Source of the DNA: Marsupella aquatica
Taxonomy: Eukaryota > Plantae > Marchantiophyta
NCBI GenBank assembly: GCA_973895155.1
Contig: OZ316895.1
Location: forward strand, 13,379,186-13,443,185
DNA: 64,000 bases
Direction of reading: 5' to 3'
This document shows, piece after piece, positions 43,085 through 54,999 of the stretch; position 1 is the first letter of the stretch, and each line of letters begins with the position of its first letter. Under the pieces are notes generated by a model. The model was given only the letters and a program-made list of their open reading frames with translations. It did not search any database and was not told where the DNA came from. A program made the position numbers and the translations under genes.

Positions 43085-44512
43085 TCAAGTTGGAATGCAT
43101 TCTACAAGATCGTTCAGTGCATTCTTGCTCACTCCGCCATCTCCTACAGCTGCTTCAGCCTTCCTCTTCAGCTCCTGAATTCTTGACCTTAGAACGTTTC
43201 CTTTCTCCGCCAGTAGAAACCGCACTACACTCTCCAATGTTTGAGGTTTATTTGGACCCGTAGAAAAATCTTGGGGTCTCACCTCGACCGCAATTTTTAG
43301 CACATCCACTATATACCTGCAATTTATAAACTGGTCATTATGCAACTGTGGCCAAGCTCCCATTGGTACCCCCGAGATTATGCTCTCTATGATTGAATTC
43401 CAGCCGCAATGAGTCAAAAAGCCTCCAATAGCAGAGTGTGCTAGGATTTGCAATTGTGGCACCCAATCACTGACAACCAGCCCTTTTCCTCTCGTTCGCG
43501 CTTCAAAATTCTGAGGAAGACCTCCCTCGCTTCCACTGGGAATCACCCACAGAAAACTTTGCCCACTAGCCTCCAGAGCTAGAGCCAAGTCCTTCATCTG
43601 CTGGGGGTTGAAATGAAATATGGTGCCGACGCAGACATAAACGACCGATTTGGGTGGTCGCCCATCAAGCCATTGCAACCAATCTGCTCCTGGGCTGACT
43701 GAAGTCGCCACAAAGGACCGATCCTTAAAGGTTGCAGGATTCGAAAGGGGCCCAACCAGAAATAATTTAGTGGCCTTCCCTCGATCTATCCAACTCTGTC
43801 GAATTGCGTCGATCTGTGGGGCTTCCAACTCGTAAAACGTGTTCACAATTACTCCATCGGCTTGTCCTATGGCAATTCCGAGGGAATTCACAAACTCTGC
43901 ACCGAGCCGAGAATTCGTCATCTCTCGAAATTGTAATGCTGGAAGACCTGATATTTTCATGAGGCCCTCGAACTCTCCTAACGACTTTTTTCCCCCTGGC
44001 TCCTCTTTCATGGTCAAAATGCCATCGGCAAACAGCTGAGAACATGCCTGCAGTGATCTAACAAAGATCGCTCCGCAGCTAAAAAACTGATAATAAGGAA
44101 TATTCAACTCGTTTGCTACATCTCTGGCCCACGTCAAAAACCTGTCGCCAATTATACAAGTAGGTCCAGGAAGTCCTGCCTTCTGGTCTTCCAACAACTT
44201 GTTCAAGATCGGCTGAAAGAGGTCTCTCGCTGAAGCCAGAAAGACTGTAATGGTCCTAATGTCCCCCGAGGTTCTAGGGGACCCAGAATCCTCGTAGGAA
44301 ACCAGATTGAAGTCAAGCTCTAGCACGTCGTCGAACGTGTTCAGAAAGGTGATGTGCTCTTCTAAAGCCACAAAAGTGACAGTGACACCTCGCTTAGCCA
44401 GCTCTACAGCAAGCCTGAATATCCCTGCAAAGTGGGCATGGAAGACCACTGGCAAAATCAGTGCATGTTTTTTAACCCTTTGGGACTTCTTCAAACAGCA
44501 GTCGGCATCCAT
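43085..44512 (-). CDS. Family 1 UDP-glycosyltransferase, intronless, 475 aa
   Basis: PSPG box WVPQLQILAHSAIGGFLTHCGWNSIIESIISGVPMGAWPQLHNDQ; also WLDGRPPKSVVYVCVGT, NTFYELE and PTCIIGD. Confidence 0.95.
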   Translation of the reverse strand: MDADCCLKKSQRVKKHALILPVVFHAHFAGIFRLAVELAKRGVTVTFVALEEHITFLNTFDDVLELDFNLVSYEDSGSPRTSGDIRTITVFLASARDLFQPILNKLLEDQKAGLPGPTCIIGDRFLTWARDVANELNIPYYQFFSCGAIFVRSLQACSQLFADGILTMKEEPGGKKSLGEFEGLMKISGLPALQFREMTNSRLGAEFVNSLGIAIGQADGVIVNTFYELEAPQIDAIRQSWIDRGKATKLFLVGPLSNPATFKDRSFVATSVSPGADWLQWLDGRPPKSVVYVCVGTIFHFNPQQMKDLALALEASGQSFLWVIPSGSEGGLPQNFEARTRGKGLVVSDWVPQLQILAHSAIGGFLTHCGWNSIIESIISGVPMGAWPQLHNDQFINCRYIVDVLKIAVEVRPQDFSTGPNKPQTLESVVRFLLAEKGNVLRSRIQELKRKAEAAVGDGGVSKNALNDLVECIPT

Positions 44513-45825
44513 TTTCAGGAATGTCTCTGGACCCCTTCTGCCTCTGCTCTTGTGGGCTGCTCAAGGCAGTTTCGCAATTCACGAAATTCCAGCTTCGTAA
44601 ACGTTCTCAGGATATAACTTCGTACGTGACGAGGGGATGATGGGGAACTAAAGCGCTGGCACAGTCAATCCTGTACATCTCGAAACCAAAAATCTCATCA
44701 TGTTCAGCATTCGAGGAAGACAAAGGCACTCGTGGTCTACATTACATTAGATTTCGACCCAATCTCTGTACATTGGCTTTCACCCTACACTCAATATTTC
44801 TCGTACGTGTCCCCTCCCAGTGAACTGCTTTGCCTGGGAAGCAATGTTTCATAAATGTTAAGCAGAAAAGGGCCAATTTACTGAAAGGGTCCAAAGGAGC
44901 ACAACGGAGTACAAGCAAAAGAAGTCCAGAGAGTACAAACACGAACTCAAACACGAAACTCAAAAAACTCAAAAGAAGAGGGCAAATGCAAACCCCAACA
45001 ACTTAGAAATCAATCCATAATACCCAAAAACACCGTTCCAACATTCCAATGAGTCTGTCTTTGGATGCTGAACCCGAGTGTGGGTCTTCTCAATCTCAGT
45101 TGATTTGCCTCAGTCCATGACACTCTTGTTACCGAATACCGCTCCTAATCCCTGTCTAATTGCTATATTTAGTGATTGTCATAGTGTACTGGATGGATTG
45201 GGGACGATCGGTGACACTTGATGACTACGGTCATGTACTAATTGACATGAGGTGGACCGTTGTCCTCTCCATCTTTCCATGGCAGTTGGAGATCGATCTA
45301 CTGGAAATACACTTCGAAAGCCATTTTTTAATTGGTCAACCAAGGTCGAGGGCCAAGGGCCCATCTCAGGTCAGTGGATCACTTTCCTCCATTTGAACCC
45401 TCCAAATTCGTTCTTTTCTCCGACCTCAAAATGGAGGAGGATTGTCAGGGACCATCACGGAGCGAGGGCGTGGCGGAGGAGCAGAGCGAGGCTATGGCTC
45501 GAGCACGGAAGGGGACCTGATTGCTTGTAGCTTGCTGATGCTGTTTTTCTGTGAGCTAGGCTGTGAGTATGCTGGCCGAGACATTTCCAGTGGAGAGTTT
45601 CTACGACAGCAATAGCCCACCTGCCGTGGTTCCAGCCGCCTTCCAGGAGCTTCGATGATCATACTGTAGGGAGCCCACAGTGGAGAATAGAGTAGTGGAT
45701 CTGCTCTGATGAGACCGGGAGAGGAGCTTCGATCGCAGACTGTGGCGGGCCCAGCCCATGCCCACTTTTGTAGAGCTTTTATGGTCGTCTGCGCGGTCTC
45801 CCTTCGCGATTCGAAGATTGTGAAT

Positions 45826-45950
45826 ATTTGCAATGCTTCAATTTCGCGATTCGAAGATTGTCAATATTTGCGATGCTTCACTTGACGCTGTTCATCGTGA
45901 TTCGAAGCTTGTCAATATTTGCGATGCTTCGCTTTACACTGTTCATCGCA
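45826..45950. repeat. Short imperfect tandem repeats
   Basis: gattcgaag(a/c)ttgtcaatatttgcgatgcttc recurs three times. Confidence 0.65.
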
Positions 45951-47399
45951 ATTAGTCTTGATAATACAATTTAGCCTAAATTTTTGGTGCTTATTTTGAT
46001 AATACTATTTAGCCTAAATTTTGGGGGCTTATTTTTCCATTAACAATATTAGTTTTAATTACAAACTGACAATAATAGTGTATGCATTAAATATCATTAG
46101 TGTAATACTAATTCTGGCTTTTGCATAACACTATCTGGAGAGTAAAGGAATTCCAACCCTAAATGATCTTAGCCCGAAAACCCACCATTCTTTTCTATTC
46201 AAATTTTCCCTCTTTTAATTTAGGATTACCAACATTAATTACTGACACCACATTCCCAGATAAGATCAATTAGGGTGAACCTTCCAAACAAGTTCTTCAT
46301 TCTGTTATATTTCAATCTCCAAGTCTCCCTTACTGTATTCAAGACTCCTTGGCTTGTTGGGCCTCTTTGGTCTTCCCTGGGGTTTTTCATTCTTCCTTTT
46401 TCCTTTTATTGGGTTGCTTTGCCTTTCGTACTCTGCCTCTTGATTGGGCATTTTTGTCCGTTTGTACTGTTATATATATTGGTTTGCTGCATCGGATCAA
46501 AAATTTCTTTGGCAGGACAGATAGGGTTATGGAGCAATTTATTGCTTCTCCCCACTGCATCTATTCGTATTGGTTTGACCTCCTGAGTCTGTATATGGTA
46601 TTGATCCCCCAGATGGACCGTTAGTGCATATAAAGGTAGACCTTATGTCGACCTACTTATGTAAGGAGGCATGGGAGACCATATATGCGTAACGGTCCCA
46701 TCATGGGACCATTGCTAAACATTAAGAGAAGTGGTTGACTAAAGGAACATTTGGAATGGGCAAATCAAGCTCTGCCACATCATCAAATTGTACTCCATAA
46801 TGGTGAGTATAAGGTTTGAGACATAAACTCATAAAAGGATTGTGTGTCAAAAGGTGGTTTCTATCAATGTTTCTAGTATGTGCCAGAACATCTTGGGCCT
46901 GTTTGTGACAACCATTCCCTTTACCAGTAGTCTTATGGTGGACCATTATGCAATATGGCCTCCCATATACCTCCCCACATATGTAAATTGACATATGGTC
47001 ATTTTTTACACACAGTAATGGTCCATCTCGGGACCATTACCATATATCTTTAGGGAATGGCTACCACAAACAGGCCAGAAATGTTTTGGCATAGATTAGA
47101 AACAGGAAAACCACCTTTCAGACACAATCTGACTATGCCTCCCTTGCACATCCAAGCTTTATGACCCTATGAAAAATCTAAACCGTTTTTTCATTCCTCT
47201 CAACATTTTATAGGAGGTAGCTTGAAAGTTTGAGTCCAAATGGTCCTCAGCCCATTTCTCAAACTCTTGTAAACCAAACGGGTTGAGGACCCATGATCTC
47301 CTTAATAATGACATTATCTGCCCATGTTAGACTCAGTCTCAATGTTCTGATTTTCTAAAATGCTTCTAAGTGTTTAGCACAAAAGTTTCACTGAGAGAT

Positions 47400-48000
47400 G
47401 AGTGAGAAATGAGATCATGATTTTTTGAATTTCTCTTGGTTTCCACTGAGTATCACACAGGAAGATTTGGTCAATTACCAAGGAGATTGTGAGGTTATCA
47501 ATTTTCTAGGTTTCCAATGAGCCTCCATTGGCAGCTTTAGCAAGTACCAAATGAGTTTTTAAATTTTTCTGGCTGCCTTTCCAATAAGTGTGACATTAAG
47601 AGATTTTTGTTGAGGTCCTACACAGATCATGAGTTCATTTGTGAATTCTCCTAACTTTACAACATTGAATTTGACATTGATAAATTCCATGTCAGATTTT
47701 GTCAAGTATTAAGGAGAGTTTGTGAATCTCTAGCTAGAGCTTTATAATGTGTGACATTATGAATTTTTGTCAAGCTCTAAAGAGATCATGAGTTTCTAAA
47801 TTTCTCTAGTTTTCCAATGAACCCTAGCATTGACAGATTTTTTCCAGTACTAAAGAGATTATAAGTTTTATATTTCTCTAGCTTTCCAATGAGTGTGACA
47901 TTGGAAGATTTTATCAAGTGGGGTCATGACTTTCTAATTTTTGCTTGCTTTCCAATGAATCTAACATTAGCAGATCTCATCAAGTACTGAGGAGATTGAT
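47400..48000. repeat. Degenerate satellite-like array (~60-bp unit)
   Basis: Recurring tttccaatgag..tgacatt..agatttt.gtcaag...agagatcatgagtt motifs. Confidence 0.55.
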
Positions 48001-48152
48001 TATTTTATTTTAAACTATCAATCCCAAGGAAATCTAACTATACTGATATATCACTAATAAGACATCAAACTAGTAGCTTTGTTTTACCCAAATGTTTGTT
48101 GTTCTAAAATTTAATTTTCTATTTTTTAATCTTTTAACGTTATTATGTATAA

Positions 48153-49568
48153 CTAGCCTGATGCCCGTGCGTTGCACCAAAGATTTTGAGGTGAGAGCAA
48201 GATGTCAAGGAGAAGGCAAGATTTCAAGGCGAGGCAAAAGATGTTGAGGTGAGGGCAAGAGGTCGAGGTGAAAAAGAGATAGGGAGGTAAGAGAAAGATG
48301 TTGAGGAAGGGCAAGATGTCAAGGAGAGGCAAACATAAGGAGCTGAGGTAAAGATGTTGAGGTGAAAAAAGATGTTGATGAGAGAAAGGGATGTTGATGT
48401 GAGGAAAAGAAGCCAAGGTGACAAAAGGAGGTCAAGGAGAGAAAAGGTGGCAAGGTGAAAAAAAGATATAATGATGAATAAAAGATGTCAAGGAGAGAAA
48501 ATATGTTGAGGGTGACGGAAAGATATTGTAGTGAGATAACAATGTCAAGGTGAGCAAAAGGTAAGATGTCGAGATGAGAAAAAGATGTCAAGTAAGGTGA
48601 AAATAGATGTCGTGGTGAGCTAAAGATGTCAATGTGATAAAAAAAATGGTGAGATGAGAGAAAGATGACAAAGTAAGGTAAAATTGTTGTGGTGGGCCCA
48701 GAGAGGCATGACTTTGTGGTAGCTCACTTGAGTAAAGACTGATAGATCTTGGGTTCAACTATTATGGTTGACTCTTCCCTTTCTGTGGGGTTTCACAGAT
48801 TTCTCTTAAAATTTAAAAAATAAAATAAAATAAAAATTGTTGTGGTGGTGTTTAATAACAGGCGCCTTGCACATAGAAATTGAAGCCGCAAGATAAATAC
48901 TACTGCATCTATTCAACCCATAATTATTTTTTTACCCAAAATTTTCTGGCCTCCCTATTTCCCCCCTCTCCCATCCTCTCCCTTTCTTTCCTTGCTTTCC
49001 CCTCTTGCCCTCCTATTGCCTCGTCCTTCCTCCTCCCCCCTTTTTCTTCCCCTTAACACCATTAAAAAGATTTTAAAAGGAGTTAAAAAATGGGAAGAAA
49101 AGACAATTAACCGCCAAAAAATGAAATCTCCTTTTTAAGAGCAAAAGGTAAGATAATTTAATGTCAATCTACTCTACTTGGGTACTTCCCCTTTGGTACT
49201 TCCCCTTAGTGCTAGCTCCATGCCAAAAACCATTATATGTAGTCAATTTATTTTCATGTTAATGCTCCATGCCAAAATGTACTCTAAATAGTCCATAAAA
49301 TAATTTACTTACACTTTAATGCTCCATGCCAAAATGTACTATAAGCAAGCTGCAAAATAACTACAATAACACATTCAATTATTCTACTACACAGTATATC
49401 TACTTTGTACTATGAATTAGAATCGATCTTAGGTACCCATCATACTCAATCCAAGAGCCTTAAATAATTTTAGAAAGTATCTAACGGCTGAGCACTGTTC
49501 CCTCATGTTTTCATTTTTGTAACGGGACGATGAACAAAATTGGCAGGATTTGTTAATATAGTAGTAGA
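48153..49568 (-). mobile_element. Non-autonomous Helitron (~1.4 kb) with internal ~20-bp degenerate tandem array (~48180-48680)
   Basis: Minus strand starts A|TCTACTACTATATTAA (49568) and ends with hairpin GTGCAACGCACGGG then CATCAGGCTAG|T (48153). These are the canonical TC...CTAG termini in an AT target with no TSD. Confidence 0.78.
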
Positions 49569-50266
49569 TTGTTTTTTCTTGCATTGATCAAACACTAATA
49601 TCTGTGTTTGTTTCTTGTTGAGAACATCATTGTTCCTGTTTGGGATTGAACTTGATAATGTGGATCAATGTGGTGCTAAAGATTTTGGAAGGAGCTTCCA
49701 TGGGGGTCCATAAATATCTAGTTAGTGGGGACCAGAATTTTAATCATGATCTATTTCTTGTGTAAACCTAGGTGGACTACTTTGTGTGAAGCACCAAGGT
49801 TGATTTTAGCAGATGTGATGAAGTCAGACAATGGAGGGTATGGGAATACCTCAGTCTGCAAGATGCAAGCTATCTATTTTTTGCTTTGCTCTTTTTTTGC
49901 CAAAGTCCCTACTGTAGGTTACTTTAGTATTAAAGCCAGGTAAGTCCAAAAAGAAATTTCAAAAGGTGCATTGTTCATGCACAACTATTCTCCTTGTTAT
50001 CTCATGACTTTATCCCCCATTTTGCTAGCATATTCCTCTTTAGCATAGTATCTTTTGGATATTTTTAGCCAGAAGCTTTATTCACTATCACAAGTGATGT
50101 ACAATCTCACATGGCACAGTCATGGACAAAGCAAAAGACATAGAGTAAAAGTAGGATCCCTCTCCCTCCCTCTCTCATCCCCCTGTCCTCATTGTTTGTG
50201 GATTTTCCAGTCGCATCATATAATTTAGAGAATTTATGTCTCTATGGGTTACTAAATATTCCAAAG

Positions 50267-50617
50267 TGTCATGCCGAGGGACAGTGCCGCTTGTGCACAT
50301 CGGCATGTCCCTCGCATGCCCGCTAGGTATGGTTAGGGCTAGTGTACTACTTGAGTTAGTGTCATGTTCTTGTAGCGAGTCTGGGCTGTTCTTGAGGTTT
50401 GTTAGTGTGACGCCTGGACCCGGTCCTACTTAGGGCATGTTTTTCTTTGCCGTTCTTCAGTTCTTCTTGAATCGCTGTGAGACAGTTTTTCAGAGGCTGC
50501 TCGTCGATTCCGTACACGGAATTCACACAGTGATTCGTTAGATGCTCCCGGCCGATCTTGGCATCTCGCCGGTTTTCGATTCATTTTCAGTACGTTTGTT
50601 TCTATCACGCCTTTTAT
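50267..50617 (+). repeat. Repeat A1 (351 bp), 5' terminal repeat
   Basis: Near-identical to 59491-59843 apart from a 2-bp indel and a small change near the 3' end. Confidence 0.95.
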
Positions 50618-50630
50618 TCAAGAAGAACTG
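50616..50630 (+). promoter_or_regulatory. Putative self-priming primer-binding site
   Basis: ATTCAAGAAGAACTG is the exact reverse complement of CAGTTCTTCTTGAAT at 50458-50472 inside repeat A; no TGG-type tRNA PBS follows A. Confidence 0.7.
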
Positions 50631-53600
50631 CCGAGTTAGCGGTGAGGAGAAGAAGTTTGCTCGTGGCAATTTCGACAATTTCTGGTGAAGCCATTGCAAT
50701 TTCTTCGACGGACATTGGAGTGACGAGTTAAAAGTTATGGGTTTATTGTGGTGTTATGTGTATACTTAAGTGTATACACATAACAAGGGACCCGGATTAT
50801 TATTTTCTGGCCGCAACTTGTTTCGCGACTTGCTGTTGTCGACTGCTGCATCGACGCCGACTTCAAAGGGCGCACCCACGCTCGCATTTTTAACGACCTC
50901 TTTGGGGCCCTTTTTCGTTTACCGGCCACTACTGCCTCGGCCACCGTGCGCCCCTTTTCTTTCGCCCTTTTTCGCCTTGCCAATCCTCGAAGTTCCTCCC
51001 TCCGTTTGTTTTCCTGCCTTTTTCTTCTCTCGGTATCTCGCAGGCTATGCGCATAGGGCATCGTGCCCTCCCACTGGCAGCATTTAATTAACGAGAGGAG
51101 GGGGAGCGAGTGCAAGCCGGGAGGAGGAGGCACAGAGGCTACGAAGCATTAAAGGGGGGGGAGTACATTCGACTCCCTCTCTCGGGACTCCTGCCAATCA
51201 CGAGGCCCAACTTACAGGGCATTAAAGGAGGGGAGGGGAGGGGAGTTCAATTCGAACTCCCTCACACGGTGACACAGGAGTCTTTTTGCAGGGCACGAAG
51301 CCCATCCAACAGCATTAAGGAGGGGGAAGCAACAGGAGGGCACGAGGCCCTATGAGGAATTAAAGAGGGGGGGAGTACTCGCGACTCCTCTCTCGGGAGT
51401 CACTCGCTGCCAGGGCACAAGGCCCAAAAGGGGGATAGGGGGAGCTCATAGTGGGGCACGAAGCCCTATGCAGGGCCCGAGCCATTAAGTTGTCACCTCG
51501 CCTCAGCCTCGCCTCGCCTCGCCCTGCAGCATAGGGTACCGTGCCTCCCGAGTGTGCGTACACCTGCTTCTTTCCGGCCTCTTTTTCTTCCAGGGAGCCC
51601 GACGATGTATCCACATTGGGCACTGACCGGTGCCCTTTATGTGTATACACAGACCCCTGTCACCGACCAGTGCCCTTTATGTGTATACACAGACCCCTGT
51701 CTATACACATAACGGAGGCCCCTTTTGACCATTTCCTCTTGTTTTCTTTCCATTCATTTTCTTGTGAGCATATTTTCGGCAGGGCCGGTCTACACATTTC
51801 TGCCTCGCAGTGTTGTTTCCTTTGTGGGTTACATTTCATAGCCTTGGGGTTGCCACACCTTTTTCTTGTCAGTTTCTTTCCTATTGGCACCCCGGGTGAG
51901 CATGCAGCATGTCAGCAGAGGAGCCGAGTCGTAGCAGCTCATCGCCACCGACACCCCGGTACCACTTACGGAGTGATCCATGACCGTTGGTGCCAATTTC
52001 ATTGGAGTCTCGGCAATTTCGACGACGTCCACAGACAGCAGCAGCACCCACACCACGCAATCCTCCTGCTACATTTGGCGGTCGCTTCACCACTACTCCG
52101 AAGCCTGCTATCACTTCATTGCCATTTACCCCTTCTACATCCGTGGTTGTTCCTGCTTCACCGACATATAGCATGGACGCCAGCCACTCATCTGGCCGCA
52201 TTGAACGCTTCAGCGGGCGGCCAGGCACTGTTTCTTTACGTGAGTTCAAATCCACTTTCTACACTATCGTTTACGAATTGGAGTTGAAGTACGGCAGCAA
52301 TTTCACAAATGCTTTTGCATTTAAGCAGCTAGCCAGGTATGTGCACCACGAGGCTTTGGATGTGTATGAGCAGCACTCTCAACGGCTGCTTGCTGTCACA
52401 CAATTGCCTAACCCTGCCTATGCCAGTGCAATTGCGGCTGCCTCACAATTGGCATTACAGAATGCCATTGCAGCCCATGCTGCTGCTCCTGCCACTTCCC
52501 CTCCTACTCCAGTTCCTACCACTGCGCCAGTTACTCCCACTATCTTGGCACAGGCTACATCAGGCATTTCTCCCACCATTGATTCCCCTGCCTTTGTTGA
52601 TCCAATGGCTGAGTTTTTCCAGGTTCTTGAATTGGAATTCCCAATCAAGAGTGCTGACAAAATCATGCAGTTGGCGACCTTTGTGAGGCAGCGCGATGAA
52701 ACCTTGAAGATGATGTATCGTCGGCTTCTTAAGCTGAAGGAGGACACCCAGAGCATCACTGACCTGGAAGCTGCTCATCGTTATCTTCGCGCATTGGAGG
52801 GCACACCAGCTCTCCATTCACAAGTGTTGCAGCAAGTATTCTCAGAGTTTGGAGACAGCTACACATTGCTCAATGTCTACGACACTGCTGAGAAACTTGA
52901 GTTGGCCCATGCACATTATGAGGCCAGTATTGAGCGTCCACCGCGATCTAGGTACCAGGCTGCTGCTCCTACAATGGCCACCCCTTCCCGTGTGCCACAG
53001 TATGCTTCCAAGACCAAACCAGCACATGCTGCTTTCATGCTGCCCTCTTGCAACTACTGTGGCAATCCTAATCACAAGGCTAATGAATGTGATATTGTTG
53101 CTGAGGACCTGTCTTGTGATTTTTGTGGGAAAGTGGGCCACTTGGAGGCAGTTTGTTTTGCCAAATTCCCAGAGAGGAAGCAGCTACGACAACAGGCCAC
53201 TCATCCTACTCCTGTTTCCACTCCCCCACCAGCTAGGAGGGCTCCTACTGCATCAGTTGCTCCTCCTTCCAGTGGCCAAGCAACCAGTGCCAACAAATTG
53301 CCCAAGCAGCCACAGAAGCCCCCAACTCAAAAGGAGGCTCACAACGCACAGGCAACTCAACTCCAGTCTCTAACTCATGAGGTTGAGTCCTTACGTGCCC
53401 AACTTGCCAACATCAAAGGCAAGTCCACTGCCTCTGCTGGTCCTTCTCAACCGGCTGGTCACGTGCAACCCATCCCTGGCCCAGGCACCGCTGACAGTTC
53501 AGCACCTCTACCCCGCTCTTTCTATGGCTTACCATTTGATGCTCATATGGGTGAGTGTGTGCTGTCCTCTGCTCCACAGCCTGGCCTTACAGCAGAATTT

Positions 53601-54999
53601 TCAGATTCATTCTGCCCTTCCTATTTTGCTTACCAGCAGGCCAGTGCTGCCTCCCGTATTGCTCCCACACGCCGCATTGTACAGGCTGATGGTCTTGCTG
53701 CCGGTCCTATGACTAGAGCCAAGGGAGCTCGGGCTATCATGCCCCAATCTTTTCAGCCACTCACACTTGCTGAAGAGCGCACCTTGTTGGCGAGGGGGGA
53801 GGGAGCTGCAGCTACATCCATTCCACCACCAGGTGCTGCTGACATTTCACAGGGAGTTGTTTCTCCTGAGCTGCTTGAGCATTTCACCTTCGGTATGGCA
53901 CAAAGGATTCTTACAACTCCACTTTTCAGTTGCCATGATTTACAGCTGGATGCTAGAGCTGTCCTCAGGGCGCTAGAGGGTTCACTGCATTCTTCATCAG
54001 CCCCTGTGACACCGGTTTTGGAGGTCCAATCTCATGTACATACTGGACCTTCTTCTTCTCCTTTACATGTTTCCACTGGTTTGGCTGCCCCAGTACCGAT
54101 TGCTGCTGATTGTGTGACCAGAGCTACACTTGATTCTGGTCATGCTGCTCCATCTTTCCTGGCTATGTTGTTGAGTGGAAAGACCGTGGACACTAACTCC
54201 CTTCACAAGGTACCTCATCATTTGCCGAGAGTGGTGCCTAGTGACAGGACTTCAGTTTCCACCACCATTGCCATTGTTGACAACAGGAATTCAGTGGTCA
54301 AGTTGGAGGGTCACACTCCTCAGGTGGTCATGCTAGACACAGGTGCTCAACCAGTGATATTGGGCATTCAGTTTGCCAAGAAGATGGGACTGTTGACTGA
54401 TCATTTACAGCAATCCAAGTGGCACATTCGGACTGCTAGTGGCACTGTGGAGGATGTGCTGGGTGAGAGTTCTACTTTACTCACTCTCACTTTTAATGGA
54501 GGTACAGATCAGGAATTGCATTTCCCAGTCAGATGTCTGGTTACCAATGCCACTACGTATGATGTGCTCATTGGCCAGGAGGCTTTGTTCCCACCAGGTT
54601 TTACCATTGACAACTGGCATGAGCATGCATACTACAGAGTTGATTGGCATAGTGATGGCTCACACTTGGGCTACATTCCACTTGATTTGCATGGTGCCCA
54701 TACACCTATGGCTCACCACTGTGTGTTGAAAGCAGTGCACACAGCTACCTATGTCAACCACCCATTGCAAGATTGGATTGAGGAGGATGACGATGAGGTG
54801 GCTGCTGCACATGCTGCTGCACGTATAGCAGCACTTTCCAGCAACGTGGATCATCAACCAGAGGTGGTACAACGGCTCCAAGCAGCCCATGGACCTTTGG
54901 TGGCTGCATTGCGCAAGTTTGAAGACCTTGGGCAGCACAATGGACAGCCAATAGCCCCAATCTTGAGCGCACCATTTACATGGACTCCTGCTCCGGATG

